A stretch of DNA of 56,306 nt from an uncultured Candidatus Saccharibacteria bacterium. Lineage in GTDB: Bacteria; Patescibacteriota; Minisyncoccia; UBA6257; 1-14-0-10-44-23. Position numbers and translations under genes: made by a program. Below are positions 46,222 to 55,625 of the stretch, piece after piece (positions within the stretch are counted from its first letter, which is position 1; each line of letters begins with the position of its first letter). Location: positions 1-56,306 of the forward strand of contig CAZJVT010000005.1 in the NCBI GenBank assembly GCA_964549935.1, given 5' to 3'. The notes under the pieces were generated by a model. The model had not been told where the DNA came from, did not search any database, and saw only the letters and a program-made list of their open reading frames with translations.

Positions 46222-46298
46222 GCGCTTGAAGTAGCTCCTTCATCTCACCACTACGCAGGTGACTCGCCTTTCGTTTACGTTGCCCATGTTGCTGATGC

Positions 46299-47111
46299 TC
46301 AGAAGTTGAGCGTCAGCGAGACGTCTAGGCTGCCGACGTCCTTGCGGTCCTCGATGGTGTGACCCATCCAGTAACGCTCGTAGCCGATGCCGGCCACCAC
46401 GGACTTGCTGTCATTGAGCGGGACATCGAGTCCCACCCGCCAGCGCAGCAGGTTGCCGCTCGGTGTCTCGCTCGTCCCGTTGTCGTAGACGTACTTCACG
46501 GTGTTCGTGAGCGCCGCCCCGCCGATGCCGAGGTCGATGCTGTGGCTGACGCCGACGGTCGTGATCCACCGGTCCAACCCCATAGGCATCAGAATCGCGT
46601 CCTCGAGCTTGATACTGGGCGTGAGCGTCCCGCCCGTACCCAAGTCGAACGTCGTCGAGACCACGATGGACGGGTCGAGGATGTCCCCATCGCCATCACC
46701 GAGCTCGTATAGGTCGAAGTAGCCGACCGCCGCGTCGAACCGGAAGGTCCGACCCAGAAGATCGAACTCCTTCCCGTAGCCGATGGTGTAGTCCACCTCG
46801 TCGGCGAAGTCGGCGTCGAAGTCCTTGTACGAACCGCCCGAATGCCAGAAATCGAGCGAGAACCCGCAGGGCAACAATGCGAACACATCCTGCTGGGGCG
46901 CCGAACCGTTGGCGTAACCGTTGCCGGTCACGTAGTCGGTCTTGTACGTCAGCTTCAGCGAAACGGCCGGCGTCCAGGGGTCCTTCGACTCCTGCGTGAC
47001 GACGGAGTCGACCGCCGCCTGCAGATCTGACGACTGTCCGTCCTCGCTGCGCGCCACGTTGGCGCACAGACCAAAGACTGCCAGAACGACGAAAACGATT
47101 GCCTTCCTCAT
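46299..47111 (-). CDS. G+C-rich outer-membrane-type beta-barrel protein (Gcw_chp-like?), copy 2
   Basis: Signal peptide MRKAIVFVVLAVFGLCANVARS and C-terminal SLTLNF. Shares SDL.AAV.SVV.Q, DEVD(F/Y)T(V/I)G and GDIL.P with copy 1. RBS is GGGAG. Confidence 0.65.
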   Translation of the reverse strand: MRKAIVFVVLAVFGLCANVARSEDGQSSDLQAAVDSVVTQESKDPWTPAVSLKLTYKTDYVTGNGYANGSAPQQDVFALLPCGFSLDFWHSGGSYKDFDADFADEVDYTIGYGKEFDLLGRTFRFDAAVGYFDLYELGDGDGDILDPSIVVSTTFDLGTGGTLTPSIKLEDAILMPMGLDRWITTVGVSHSIDLGIGGAALTNTVKYVYDNGTSETPSGNLLRWRVGLDVPLNDSKSVVAGIGYERYWMGHTIEDRKDVGSLDVSLTLNF

Positions 47112-47297
47112 AAGTCACCCATCTCCCTTCCCTGGCTTTGTCTTTGCGCGGCCTCATTGGCCACGATCTTAGACTTAGCCACCCCGAACACGATTGATTT
47201 CAGTCGAGGTAGCGAGGTTTTAGAGCTATTTAGACTCATTCCCCGATACCCGGACTGAAATCTCTTTTCAACGTTCTCCAATCAGTTTAATCTATTT

Positions 47298-47312
47298 TTG
47301 ACAAATAGTCAA
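47298..47312. promoter_or_regulatory. Inverted repeat TTGAC-N5-GTCAA (candidate operator; also the -35 of a minus-strand TTGACT-17-TAAACT promoter)
   Basis: ttgacaaatagtcaa. The minus-strand -10 TAAACT lies at 47284-47289. Confidence 0.35.
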
Positions 47313-47397
47313 ATTAGTTTCAAAATAAATATATACAAACTTGCTTTTTTTGCCTTAAATGCTTTATAATAATGACATATATTTTTTTGACACTATT

Positions 47398-48144
47398 ATG
47401 GACATTCAGAATGAGCTCAAAAAACTAGGCCTAAAGAAATCGGAGAGCAAACTTTATCTGTATTTGCTCGAGAAAGGAGCCTCTACCCCGCCGAACATAG
47501 CCAAAGGCACTGGTATCGCCCGAACAAACTGCTACAACCTCTTAAGGGGGCTTGAAAATAAGGGCATGGTCCAAGTCCAGGGTGCGCAAAAGAGCAAAGC
47601 CTACGTCGCCCGTGATCCGGCCACGCTCCTGACCGGCTTAGAGCAAAGAATGGAAGCGGCCAAACGCATCGTGCCAGAACTTCGCGATTTTTATACCACG
47701 CAGAAGAATAAGCCAAAAATCAGATTCTTTAGCGGCTGGGATGAGGTAAAAGAGTTATACCTCTTAACACTCGAAACTGAAAAACTTTTTGCCGTCGGCT
47801 CGACCGAGACAATCGCAAAAATTGATAAGAAATTCCTTGAGTCATATTGGCATGAGCTTGCGAGCCGGAAAATCATCTTTGACAGCGTGCTGATGGCCAG
47901 CGCTAAATCGAAAACGGCTCTCGAAATAAAAGCCGTTGCGGGAGCTTTGCGCACCGACAGGTTTCTACCAGAAAGGTTCGGTGACGAGCCGATGGACATG
48001 TTCATCTGGAACGACAACATCGCTCTAATCGCCCTCTCTGATCCTGTTTTCGGAACGCTCATTACCGATGCTGCTCTGGTTCGCGTACTGAAAATCATGT
48101 TCGGTGCGCTCTGGGAAGAGCTCGGAAGACGAAATGATAATTAG
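47398..48144 (+). CDS. TrmB-family transcriptional regulator, copy 2
   Basis: GLKKSESKLYLYLLEKGASTPPNIAKGTGIARTNCYNLLRGLENKGMV. ATG at 47398, with TTGCTT-18-TATAAT upstream (47341-47370). Confidence 0.7.
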   Translation: MDIQNELKKLGLKKSESKLYLYLLEKGASTPPNIAKGTGIARTNCYNLLRGLENKGMVQVQGAQKSKAYVARDPATLLTGLEQRMEAAKRIVPELRDFYTTQKNKPKIRFFSGWDEVKELYLLTLETEKLFAVGSTETIAKIDKKFLESYWHELASRKIIFDSVLMASAKSKTALEIKAVAGALRTDRFLPERFGDEPMDMFIWNDNIALIALSDPVFGTLITDAALVRVLKIMFGALWEELGRRNDN

Positions 48145-48151
48145 TAAAACT

Positions 48152-48204
48152 AAAAATCCCCGCTTGGGCGACGCTCATCAGCGTTTAGCCTCGCGGGGAT
48201 TTTA
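48152..48204. terminator. Bidirectional compound hairpin between convergent genes
   Basis: Outer stem aaaatccccgc ... gcggggatttt with inner hairpin acgct-catc-agcgt. Confidence 0.6.
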
Positions 48205-48229
48205 GTTTCTTCTATCTACTAACTACTGT

Positions 48230-48850
48230 CTACTTTGTGTCTTTCGCCTCCGTGCGGCTCGTCTTGATCATCTCATCAATCAGGCCGTACTCCTTCGCTT
48301 CGGCGGCACTCATGTAGTAGTCGCGGTCGGCGTCCTTCTCAATCTTCTCAACCTTCTGGCCGGTGTGCTTAGCAAGAATATTGTTGAGCTTGGCCTTCAT
48401 TTTGAGAATCTGTTTGGCAGTGATTTCGATATCGCTCGCCTGACCCTCGGCGCCACCCATCACCTGGTGAATTAAGATCTCCGAGTTCGGGAGCGAGAAG
48501 CGCTTGCCCTTGGCGCCGGCGGCGAGAATGACGGCGGCCATCGAAGCGGCCATACCGACACAAATAGTCGAAACCTCCGGCTTCACAAACTGCATCGTAT
48601 CGTAAATCGCCATACCGGCGACGACAGAGCCGCCCGGGCTGTTGATGTAGATCTGGATATCCTTTTTCGGATCCTCGTGCGCCAGGAACAAAAGCTGCGC
48701 GATAACCAAGTTAGCGACAGCGTCGTTAATCGGGCCACCGAGGAAGATGATACGGTCTTTAAGCAAACGCGAGTAGATGTCGTAGGCACGCTCACCATAC
48801 TGCGTCTTCTCAAGAACCGTCGGGATGAGATACTGGTTTGTAATTTCCAT
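48230..48850 (-). CDS. clpP: ATP-dependent Clp protease proteolytic subunit
   Basis: [19 protein letters not shown], catalytic GMAASMAA Ser context and a His/Asp region. Confidence 0.95.
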   Translation of the reverse strand: MEITNQYLIPTVLEKTQYGERAYDIYSRLLKDRIIFLGGPINDAVANLVIAQLLFLAHEDPKKDIQIYINSPGGSVVAGMAIYDTMQFVKPEVSTICVGMAASMAAVILAAGAKGKRFSLPNSEILIHQVMGGAEGQASDIEITAKQILKMKAKLNNILAKHTGQKVEKIEKDADRDYYMSAAEAKEYGLIDEMIKTSRTEAKDTK

Positions 48851-48974
48851 ATGGAATGATTTTTTATTTTAAGCGCAGCTTTTTATTTATCCGGCAATTC
48901 TCGGAGGTCGACGGACCGAGAGCATAGGGCAACTTTTCAATAGAAAAGTATGCGCGGTGCCGGGAAATGAAAAG

Positions 48975-50219
48975 CTAAGCGTCTGCCTGCTTTTCAAGAA
49001 ACTCAAATATCTTCTTGTTCTGCAGTGCACTGTAAATATACTCGTGCTCTTTTTCTGGGTCAACATTGTGCTTTCGGGCCTCCTCCTCAATCTCTTCGGC
49101 GCTCGGCTCAAGCTTCTCAAGCTGGGCGATTTTGTACATCGTTAAATTACCACGGACGCTGGTCTCGGCCTTCGGGCGCAGCTTCGTGCGCGTGTCGGCA
49201 CGCAGACTCTCCTGCTTCTTAAGATCAGTCTCGCGGGTAAAGAACGAACCGTACTGCTCGAGCATCTGATCAAGCGTGCGCTCGATAAGCACCTCCGGCA
49301 CCTCGACGGTCGCGTCAGCCGCGATAGCATCAAGCGCTTTAAGGCGAAGCTTCTCGTTCTCCTTCTCCATCTTCTCCTGGGTCAAACCCTCGCGAACGCT
49401 CTTCATCAAATCCTCGGCGGTCTTAAATTGCGTACCAAGGCTGGCAGCAAACTCGTCCGTCAGCTCCGGGACAGAGCGCTCAAACACGCCGCGGACGGTA
49501 ACCGTAAACGCCAGCTGCTTACCGCGAAGCTCCTCGTTCCAGTAATCGTTCTGTGCAGTAATTTCGAAGTGTGCGACTTCGTTTTCGCTCTTACCGACAA
49601 GCTGCTCATCAAAGCCTTTGATGAAGTTGCTCTCGCCAAGAATGAAGCGGTCACCGGCAATCGTACCCTGCGGCACCGGCTTTTCGTCTACCTCGGTTTC
49701 GATGTCGGCCTCAACGAGGTCGCCCATCTTTGCAGCACGAGTAGCGCGGGTTTCAACGGCGCGCGAGTTGCGAATCCACTCCACCGTTTTTTTAATTTCT
49801 TCGTCAGTAAGCTTGACCTCCGGCTTCTCGCTGAAAACTTTTTTAGCCGTCTTCTTATAATCCTTAAGCTCAATCTCCGGGAAGACCGTTACAATGGCCT
49901 TATAGCTAATCCCCTTGCCCGGCTCGCCATCCGTTACTTCAATCTTCGGCTGGTCGATAAAGGTCCAGGTCTTTTCAGCCTTCACGCTGTTTAATGACCA
50001 GCGGACAGCTTCGTTGATAGAGGCGTGGAATACCTGGTCGTGATTAATCGCACCGTCTACCATCTCCTTCGGCGCGGCGCCCTTACGAAAACCTTTGATA
50101 GTGATTTCGGAAGCAGCTACGTCGTAAGCCTTTTTGTAATACACCGCAAACTCCTCGTCCGTGAGGTTAACAGTAACTTCAAAGCGAGAGCCTGCGAGTT
50201 TCTTGATATCTGATTTCAT
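48975..50219 (-). CDS. tig: Trigger factor
   Basis: 414 aa with an N-terminal ribosome-binding GFRKGAAP motif, positioned upstream of clpP. Confidence 0.85.
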   Translation of the reverse strand: MKSDIKKLAGSRFEVTVNLTDEEFAVYYKKAYDVAASEITIKGFRKGAAPKEMVDGAINHDQVFHASINEAVRWSLNSVKAEKTWTFIDQPKIEVTDGEPGKGISYKAIVTVFPEIELKDYKKTAKKVFSEKPEVKLTDEEIKKTVEWIRNSRAVETRATRAAKMGDLVEADIETEVDEKPVPQGTIAGDRFILGESNFIKGFDEQLVGKSENEVAHFEITAQNDYWNEELRGKQLAFTVTVRGVFERSVPELTDEFAASLGTQFKTAEDLMKSVREGLTQEKMEKENEKLRLKALDAIAADATVEVPEVLIERTLDQMLEQYGSFFTRETDLKKQESLRADTRTKLRPKAETSVRGNLTMYKIAQLEKLEPSAEEIEEEARKHNVDPEKEHEYIYSALQNKKIFEFLEKQADA

Positions 50220-50274
50220 CGTTTTAGAAGCTGCCGGGCGCGGCGAGTACGCCGCGCCCGGAAACTATACATTC

Positions 50275-52296
50275 TTATTTAATAGCTGCGATCAAAGGAG
50301 CGATAAGGAGCGCGACGATGCTGATAACCTTGATCAACGGGTTGATAGCCGGACCGGCGGTGTCCTTGTACGGATCGCCGACGGTGTCACCGGTGACGGC
50401 GGCTTTGTGCCAGTCAGTCCCCTTGTGACCTGCAGCTTCAACATATTTCTTCGCGTTGTCCCACGCAGCTCCACCCGAGGTCATCGAGATACCGAGGAAA
50501 AGACCGGTAACGATTGAACCCATCAAGAGTCCACCGAGTGCAACCGGGCCAAGCAACCAGCCAACGAGCACGACGGCGACAACCGGCATCAGCGCCGGGA
50601 CGATCATTTTGCGCAGCGCGGCCTTGGTAACAATGTCTACGCAGCGAGCGTAATCCGGCTTGGCCGTGCGCTCCATAATGCCTGGGATCTCCTTAAACTG
50701 GCGACGAACCTCAACGACGACGGCACCGGCAGCCTCACCGACTGCACGCATACCCATCGAAGCGAATAAATACGTAATCGCACCACCGATAAACAAACCG
50801 GCGATTAAGAGCGGGTTAGTAAGATCAAAGAGCGCAACCGTGCCAACCTTGGCAAGCTCGGCAACGTATCCGGCAAAGAGCACGAGTGCAGCCAGACCGG
50901 CTGAAGCAATAGCGTAACCTTTCGTGACAGCCTTAGTCGTGTTACCAACCGCATCAAGCGCATCGGTAATCACACGAACCTCCTTCGGTGCACCGCTCAT
51001 CTCGGCGATACCACCGGCGTTGTCGGTAATCGGACCAAACGAGTCGATGGCGACGATAATACCGGCGACAGAAAGCATCGCAGTCGCGGCAATCGCAATA
51101 CCCATCAGACCCATGATCGCAAACGAACCAAGCATCGCGGCGACGATGATCACAATCGGCATCGCCGTTGATTCCATACCGACAGCAAGACCCATGATGA
51201 CGTTCGTACCGTGACCGCTTCTTGAAGCCTCGGCAATCGAGGTAACCGGGCGGAACTTTTTAGCAGTGTAGTAATCGGTAACAAGCACCATCAAAACAGT
51301 GACGGCGAGACCGATAACTGAACAGAAAAATACTGCGAGCGTGTTGTCTGGGAAAAACTTCGCAGCGGCAAAGTAGAAGAAGACGATCGAAGCGATGACC
51401 GAACCGGCCAAACCCTTGTACAGGGCGCCCATGATGTTTGGATCTTTGCCCGAGCCCTGCCTGCCGGCAGGCAGGTTCACAAAGAAGCCACCGATAAGCG
51501 AAGCGAGTACGCCGAGACCACCGATAACCAGCGGGAACCACACGTGAGTCGGGTCGGCAGAAAATGCGGCCAAACCGGATCCAAGCAGCATCGCTGCAGT
51601 GAGCGTCACGACGTAGGTTTCAAACAAGTCAGCGGCCATACCGGCACAGTCGCCGACGTTGTCACCAACGTTGTCGGCGATAACGGCCGGATTGCGCTCA
51701 TCATCCTCCGGAATGTTGGCCTCAACTTTTCCAACCAGGTCCGCACCGACGTCAGCAGCTTTGGTAAAAATACCACCGCCGAGACGGGCAAAGATTGAAA
51801 TCAAACTTGAACCAAAGGCGAGACCGACGAGTGCGCCGACATCCTGCGTGTACCAGTAAAATCCGGCGACCGCGAGCAGTCCGAGCGCACCGACAAGGAA
51901 CCCAGTTACTGAACCGGCCTTAAAGGCGAGCGAGAGCGAGGCTCCCATCCCCTTCGTAGCGGCGTGGGCCGTCTTCGCATTGCTGCGGACAGCAACGAGC
52001 ATACCAATGTAACCGGCCAAACCCGAGAAGATGGCGCCGATCAAAAATCCGATGGCGACGATCCAGCTCAAAAGCAAACCGATAACAACAAACAGGACGA
52101 GCGCGACGATACCAATCGTCTTGCTCTGGCGATTTAAGTAAGCGCGTGAACCCTCCTGAATAGCTTTAGAAAGTTCCTGCATCTTCTCGTTACCGGAGCT
52201 CTGGCCTTTGAGCCAAAACATGATGTAAGCACTGTAAGCAATCGCGAGCGCAATCGGGACAAAGATTAACGTATAGATAGAAGACATAGAAATCAA
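50275..52296 (-). CDS. hppA: Membrane-bound proton/sodium-translocating pyrophosphatase
   Basis: 673 aa with about 15 TM helices and the [26 protein letters not shown] and [11 protein letters not shown] motifs. Confidence 0.9.
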   Translation of the reverse strand: MISMSSIYTLIFVPIALAIAYSAYIMFWLKGQSSGNEKMQELSKAIQEGSRAYLNRQSKTIGIVALVLFVVIGLLLSWIVAIGFLIGAIFSGLAGYIGMLVAVRSNAKTAHAATKGMGASLSLAFKAGSVTGFLVGALGLLAVAGFYWYTQDVGALVGLAFGSSLISIFARLGGGIFTKAADVGADLVGKVEANIPEDDERNPAVIADNVGDNVGDCAGMAADLFETYVVTLTAAMLLGSGLAAFSADPTHVWFPLVIGGLGVLASLIGGFFVNLPAGRQGSGKDPNIMGALYKGLAGSVIASIVFFYFAAAKFFPDNTLAVFFCSVIGLAVTVLMVLVTDYYTAKKFRPVTSIAEASRSGHGTNVIMGLAVGMESTAMPIVIIVAAMLGSFAIMGLMGIAIAATAMLSVAGIIVAIDSFGPITDNAGGIAEMSGAPKEVRVITDALDAVGNTTKAVTKGYAIASAGLAALVLFAGYVAELAKVGTVALFDLTNPLLIAGLFIGGAITYLFASMGMRAVGEAAGAVVVEVRRQFKEIPGIMERTAKPDYARCVDIVTKAALRKMIVPALMPVVAVVLVGWLLGPVALGGLLMGSIVTGLFLGISMTSGGAAWDNAKKYVEAAGHKGTDWHKAAVTGDTVGDPYKDTAGPAINPLIKVISIVALLIAPLIAAIK

Positions 52297-52361
52297 TTTG
52301 TAATTACTTAATTTGTAATGATTGTCATTCCCGCGGAGGCGGGAATCCAGATTTTATTCTT

Positions 52362-53567
52362 TTACCCTTGCGCTTCTTCTGTTTTTTCTTCCGCAACTGC
52401 TTCTTTGGCCGGGGTTGTTTTCCCGTGGACATCAATCTTCCAACCGGAAAGCTTTACGGCGAGACGAACGTTTTGACCGGCACGGCCGATAGCGAGTGAG
52501 AGCTGGTCATCCGGCACCGTGACTTTCGCCTGGTGGTCCGGAAGAATCTCAACCTCTTCAACTTCAGCCGGTGAGAGTGAGCTGGCGATAAAGCGCGCCG
52601 GGTCTTCACTCCACTCGATGATGTCAATCTTCTCCTGACCAAGCTCGTTGCTGACAGCCATCACGCGGGTACCGCGCTGACCGACACACGCACCAACCGG
52701 ATCAATCCCCTCCGCGCTCGAAGCAACGGCGATTTTGGTACGGCTGCCCGGCTCGCGAGCGATTGATTTGATTTCAACCGAACCGTCCGCAATTTCCGGA
52801 ATTTCTAATTTAAACAACTCCGTTACAAACTTCGGGTGACTGCGTGAGAGCAAAATGCCCGGCATGCGCGCGTCGTCTGAAACGCTGACGATATAAAACT
52901 TAAGACGCTCACCGATTCGGTAACGCTCGGTCGGGATAACTTCGTTAAAGAGCATGATACCAACGGCGCGGCCGATGTCGACGTAGACATTCCCCCGCTC
53001 CATACGCTGGATAGTGCCGCTGACGATCTCGCCCTCGCGACCCTTGAACTCCTTGATGATTGACTCGCGCTCGGCTTCACGCAGACGCTGCAAGACAACC
53101 TGCTTGGCAGCCTGCGCGGCGATGCGGCCGAACTCCTCGTGCGTCTCAAGCGGGAACAAAACTTCATCGCCGACAACAGATCCTTTCTTCTCTTTCTTAG
53201 CCTCATCAACAGTGATGTGACGGTCAGCATTAAAGCGCGGTAACACCTCTACCGGTGTACCGTCGGCATTAAACTCCGGCTTGTCCGCCATAGCTTCAGC
53301 GACGGCGGAAGCCTCCTCCCCTTCCTCTCCCTCTTCTTTAAAACGGACGGTCGTCTCATCAACGACGGTCTTCACCTGCCAGAATTTTAATTCACCGGTC
53401 TTAACATCAAACTTCGCGCGAACTATTTCGCCTTTCTTTTCGTATTCCTTTTTATACGCTGCGGCAATCGCGGACTCGATAGCATCTAACACCTTCGCTG
53501 CGTCGATGCCCTTCTCCTCGGCGACTTGGTCTATCGCCTTTTTAATACTTTTTAAATCAAACAACAT
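52362..53567 (-). CDS. nusA: Transcription termination/antitermination factor NusA
   Basis: N-terminal domain, S1 domain (GEIVSGTIQR) and two KH domains (GACVGQRGTRV; AIGRAGQNVRLA). An acidic insertion lies in the N-terminal domain. Confidence 0.9.
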   Translation of the reverse strand: MLFDLKSIKKAIDQVAEEKGIDAAKVLDAIESAIAAAYKKEYEKKGEIVRAKFDVKTGELKFWQVKTVVDETTVRFKEEGEEGEEASAVAEAMADKPEFNADGTPVEVLPRFNADRHITVDEAKKEKKGSVVGDEVLFPLETHEEFGRIAAQAAKQVVLQRLREAERESIIKEFKGREGEIVSGTIQRMERGNVYVDIGRAVGIMLFNEVIPTERYRIGERLKFYIVSVSDDARMPGILLSRSHPKFVTELFKLEIPEIADGSVEIKSIAREPGSRTKIAVASSAEGIDPVGACVGQRGTRVMAVSNELGQEKIDIIEWSEDPARFIASSLSPAEVEEVEILPDHQAKVTVPDDQLSLAIGRAGQNVRLAVKLSGWKIDVHGKTTPAKEAVAEEKTEEAQG

Positions 53568-53771
53568 ACTCTCTATTTAATGTTTGTTATTAATTTTTTG
53601 ATACATACCCGCTCAAGCTGTTTCGATAAGCCCGCCAGATATGAGAATGGGGCGCTCATTCGAGCGACCCACTAATAAAAATAGTATATCCCGACCGGTC
53701 AAAAAGTCAATCCTCTGCCGTTACCCTATAAAAATGATTTTCAATGAATATGTCAATTATTCACCTACTAG

Positions 53772-54288
53772 GTGTTTTACGGCAGCCGTGAAACATCCCC
53801 TGCTCCTGCTGGCGGGCATACTTTGTTTCACACCTGTAAAACACCCTGTTTCTAGTGTGAAACAAAATTGTTTCACACTTTAGGCTCAATTTGCCAAAAT
53901 AGGTCAAAGAGTGTGAAACATTTTGGCAAACACTCTTCGCGGTTTGTTCGGGAAATAAAAAAAGTGTTTGCCGGCAAACACTTTACCCGGTGTAAAACAC
54001 CCCTAAAATTGTTTCACGGCAAACACTTTTGTTTCACGGATAGCGTGAAACATCTTATTAACAGCCAATCGGCGGGAGTGTTTGCCGGCAAACATCTTGT
54101 TTGGTAAAAAACCGCCTCCCGAACAAACCGAGAAGTGTGTTTCACGTGAAACATCTTCGCGGGTCAGAAAAAGCATAAAACAACCGTGAAACATGTTTCA
54201 CGGCAAACACTAGTATGGGTTTGTTCGGGGAACCGTGAAGAGTGTTTCACGTGAAACACTCTTCATGGTTAGAAAGCGTAAAACACCC
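53772..54288. repeat. Dense array of GTGAAACA/TGTTTCAC and related G(T/G)(A/C)AAACA(C/T) motifs with nested perfect palindromes
   Basis: Seven exact GTGAAACA (53788, 53867, 53913, 54045, 54146, 54186, 54251) and seven TGTTTCAC (53824, 53879, 54010, 54030, 54138, 54194, 54243). Perfect palindromes lie at 53963-53982, 54138-54153, 54184-54203 and 54237-54264. Confidence 0.9.
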
Positions 54289-54307
54289 AATCTGGTATAG
54301 TTCAGAT

Positions 54308-54694
54308 ATGGACAGTCGTAAAACAACCGGACAGGTAGGCGAGGCGATTGCCTGTGAATACCTCAAATCGAAAAAGTACCGGATCCTGGCGCAGAACTTT
54401 TTGGGCCCGACGGGGGAGCTCGATATCATCACGCGGGACCCGAAAGGGGTATTGGTATTTGTCGAAGTTAAAACACTCGCCGGAGAATCTAAAATATTTT
54501 CGCCGGAGCAGCATTTTAATGAAGAAAAGCGTTTTCGCGTGCGCCGCCTGGCGGAGCATTTTGCAAATGCGCATCCGGAGTACGTCGATAAAAAACTCGG
54601 CTACCGTATAGACCTCGTCGCAGTTTCGATAAAAGATCCGCTCGAAAAAGATTGGCAAAAGGGAAGTGAGGTTCGCCACTACGAAAACGTTTAG
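54308..54694 (+). CDS. yraN: YraN-family (UPF0102) endonuclease-like protein
   Basis: GQVGEAIACEYLKSKKYRILAQNF....GELDIITRD..VLVFVEVKT core. ATG at 54308 is chosen because the longer ORF runs through the repeat array. Confidence 0.7.
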   Translation: MDSRKTTGQVGEAIACEYLKSKKYRILAQNFLGPTGELDIITRDPKGVLVFVEVKTLAGESKIFSPEQHFNEEKRFRVRRLAEHFANAHPEYVDKKLGYRIDLVAVSIKDPLEKDWQKGSEVRHYENV

Positions 54695-54772
54695 TACTAC
54701 GTACTGCTACACAGCATCCGGCACGCCCACGCGCTCGGGCGTTCGACTTAACGATGCTCTAACGCAGCCCTC

Positions 54773-54810
54773 TTGACTATGTATCAGTGTACTAGTACAC
54801 TGTAACAAGG
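54773..54810 (+). promoter_or_regulatory. Promoter (TTGACT-17-TACACT) overlapped by a trp-operator-like palindrome CAGTGTACTAGTACACTG
   Basis: -35 at 54773-54778, -10 at 54796-54801, palindrome at 54785-54802. Lies about 70 nt upstream of the TrpR/YerC-like gene. Confidence 0.5.
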
Positions 54811-54872
54811 ACTAATTCGACTCGTTCTATTGAGTAGAGAATGCCTTAGCGATAGTTGAAGAAAAAAATATT

Positions 54873-55151
54873 ATGAACCCACATTATAAAAAAGAGCTTT
54901 TGAAGGTCATCGTGCAGGCAGCAAAGGACCAGCGCCTGCTTGATGCGCTTATGAACGACCTCCTCACGCCGGAGGAGTATCGGGAACTTACGAACCGCTG
55001 GCAGATTGTAAAGCGCTTGTCGCAAGGCATAGGACAACGCACGATTGCGCAGGAGCTTAAGGTTGGCGTCGCAACAGTAACTCGCGGTGTACACGTACTC
55101 GAAAATGAAAATGGGGGATTCAATCAATTGCTCGAAAAAGTCCACGTTTAA
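54873..55151 (+). CDS. TrpR-like protein, YerC/YecD family
   Basis: 92 aa. LLTPEEYRELTNRWQIVKRLSQGIGQRTIAQELKVGVATVTRG matches the Trp-repressor-family HTH. Confidence 0.65.
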   Translation: MNPHYKKELLKVIVQAAKDQRLLDALMNDLLTPEEYRELTNRWQIVKRLSQGIGQRTIAQELKVGVATVTRGVHVLENENGGFNQLLEKVHV

Positions 55152-55317
55152 TATGAAAAATATCTACACAATAATTAGTCTTCGCTGGTGGCTCGCCCAA
55201 ATAGTTCCAAGGGCGTGCTTTGTGTTGGCATAACGATTTTTTTATAAATCCGTTCGAACTCAAAACCCGCTCTTGGAGCGGTGTTTTCTATGCCGAATAG
55301 GCGGAAGGAGATTCTTT

Positions 55318-55515
55318 GTGGGTGGGTGGAACGGCAGTGGACCTGATCTCGATACCTTCCACGGAATGGAGGAGGTGAGGGCGTGTAAGCACGGCAAGGT
55401 CGCCGGACAGTGCCCGGGCGATGCCTTCGATGGCAACTGTCCGCCCCTCGGTCGCGACGAGAAGCCGTCGTGCCGCCCCGTGTTTATCCCGCAGGGCGGG
55501 TGGGAGCTCGACTGA
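55318..55515 (+). CDS. G+C-rich small Cys-containing protein (about 65 aa)
   Basis: GTG at 55318 lies 7 nt after GGAAGGAG. The frame is the one reported as ORF 55273-55515. 4 Cys. Confidence 0.35.
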   Translation: MGGWNGSGPDLDTFHGMEEVRACKHGKVAGQCPGDAFDGNCPPLGRDEKPSCRPVFIPQGGWELD

Positions 55516-55625
55516 TGGAGGAAACCCTCCACTACGTCCGACTTGTTGCAGCGCTCGTCGGACTCGCACTAATTGGACTCGTCGGCCTCCACGGCCTCAT
55601 CTCGAAGCTGCGTCGAGAAAGATGA
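55515..55625 (+). CDS. 36-aa single-helix membrane peptide, translationally coupled (TGATG overlap)
   Basis: MEETLHYVRLVAALVGLALIGLVGLHGLISKLRRER. The ATG shares its A with the preceding TGA. Confidence 0.3.
   Translation: MEETLHYVRLVAALVGLALIGLVGLHGLISKLRRER

Noticed and set aside
47217-47228. GTTTTAGAGCTA, identical to the first 12 nt of the type II-A (SpCas9) CRISPR repeat
   Set aside because: It is a single copy with no repeat-spacer periodicity and no cas genes in the window. It is most likely coincidental, lying inside the leader of the second beta-barrel gene.
53641-54307. ORF-track entries 53641-53883, 53868-54107, 54003-54194 and the 5' part of 54242-54694, all with recurring VKH/FHG/KHF peptides
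   Set aside because: The recurring peptides are just translations of the GTGAAACA/TGTTTCAC motif array on both strands. There is no start context or coherent protein, so the region is treated as non-coding and yraN starts at 54308.
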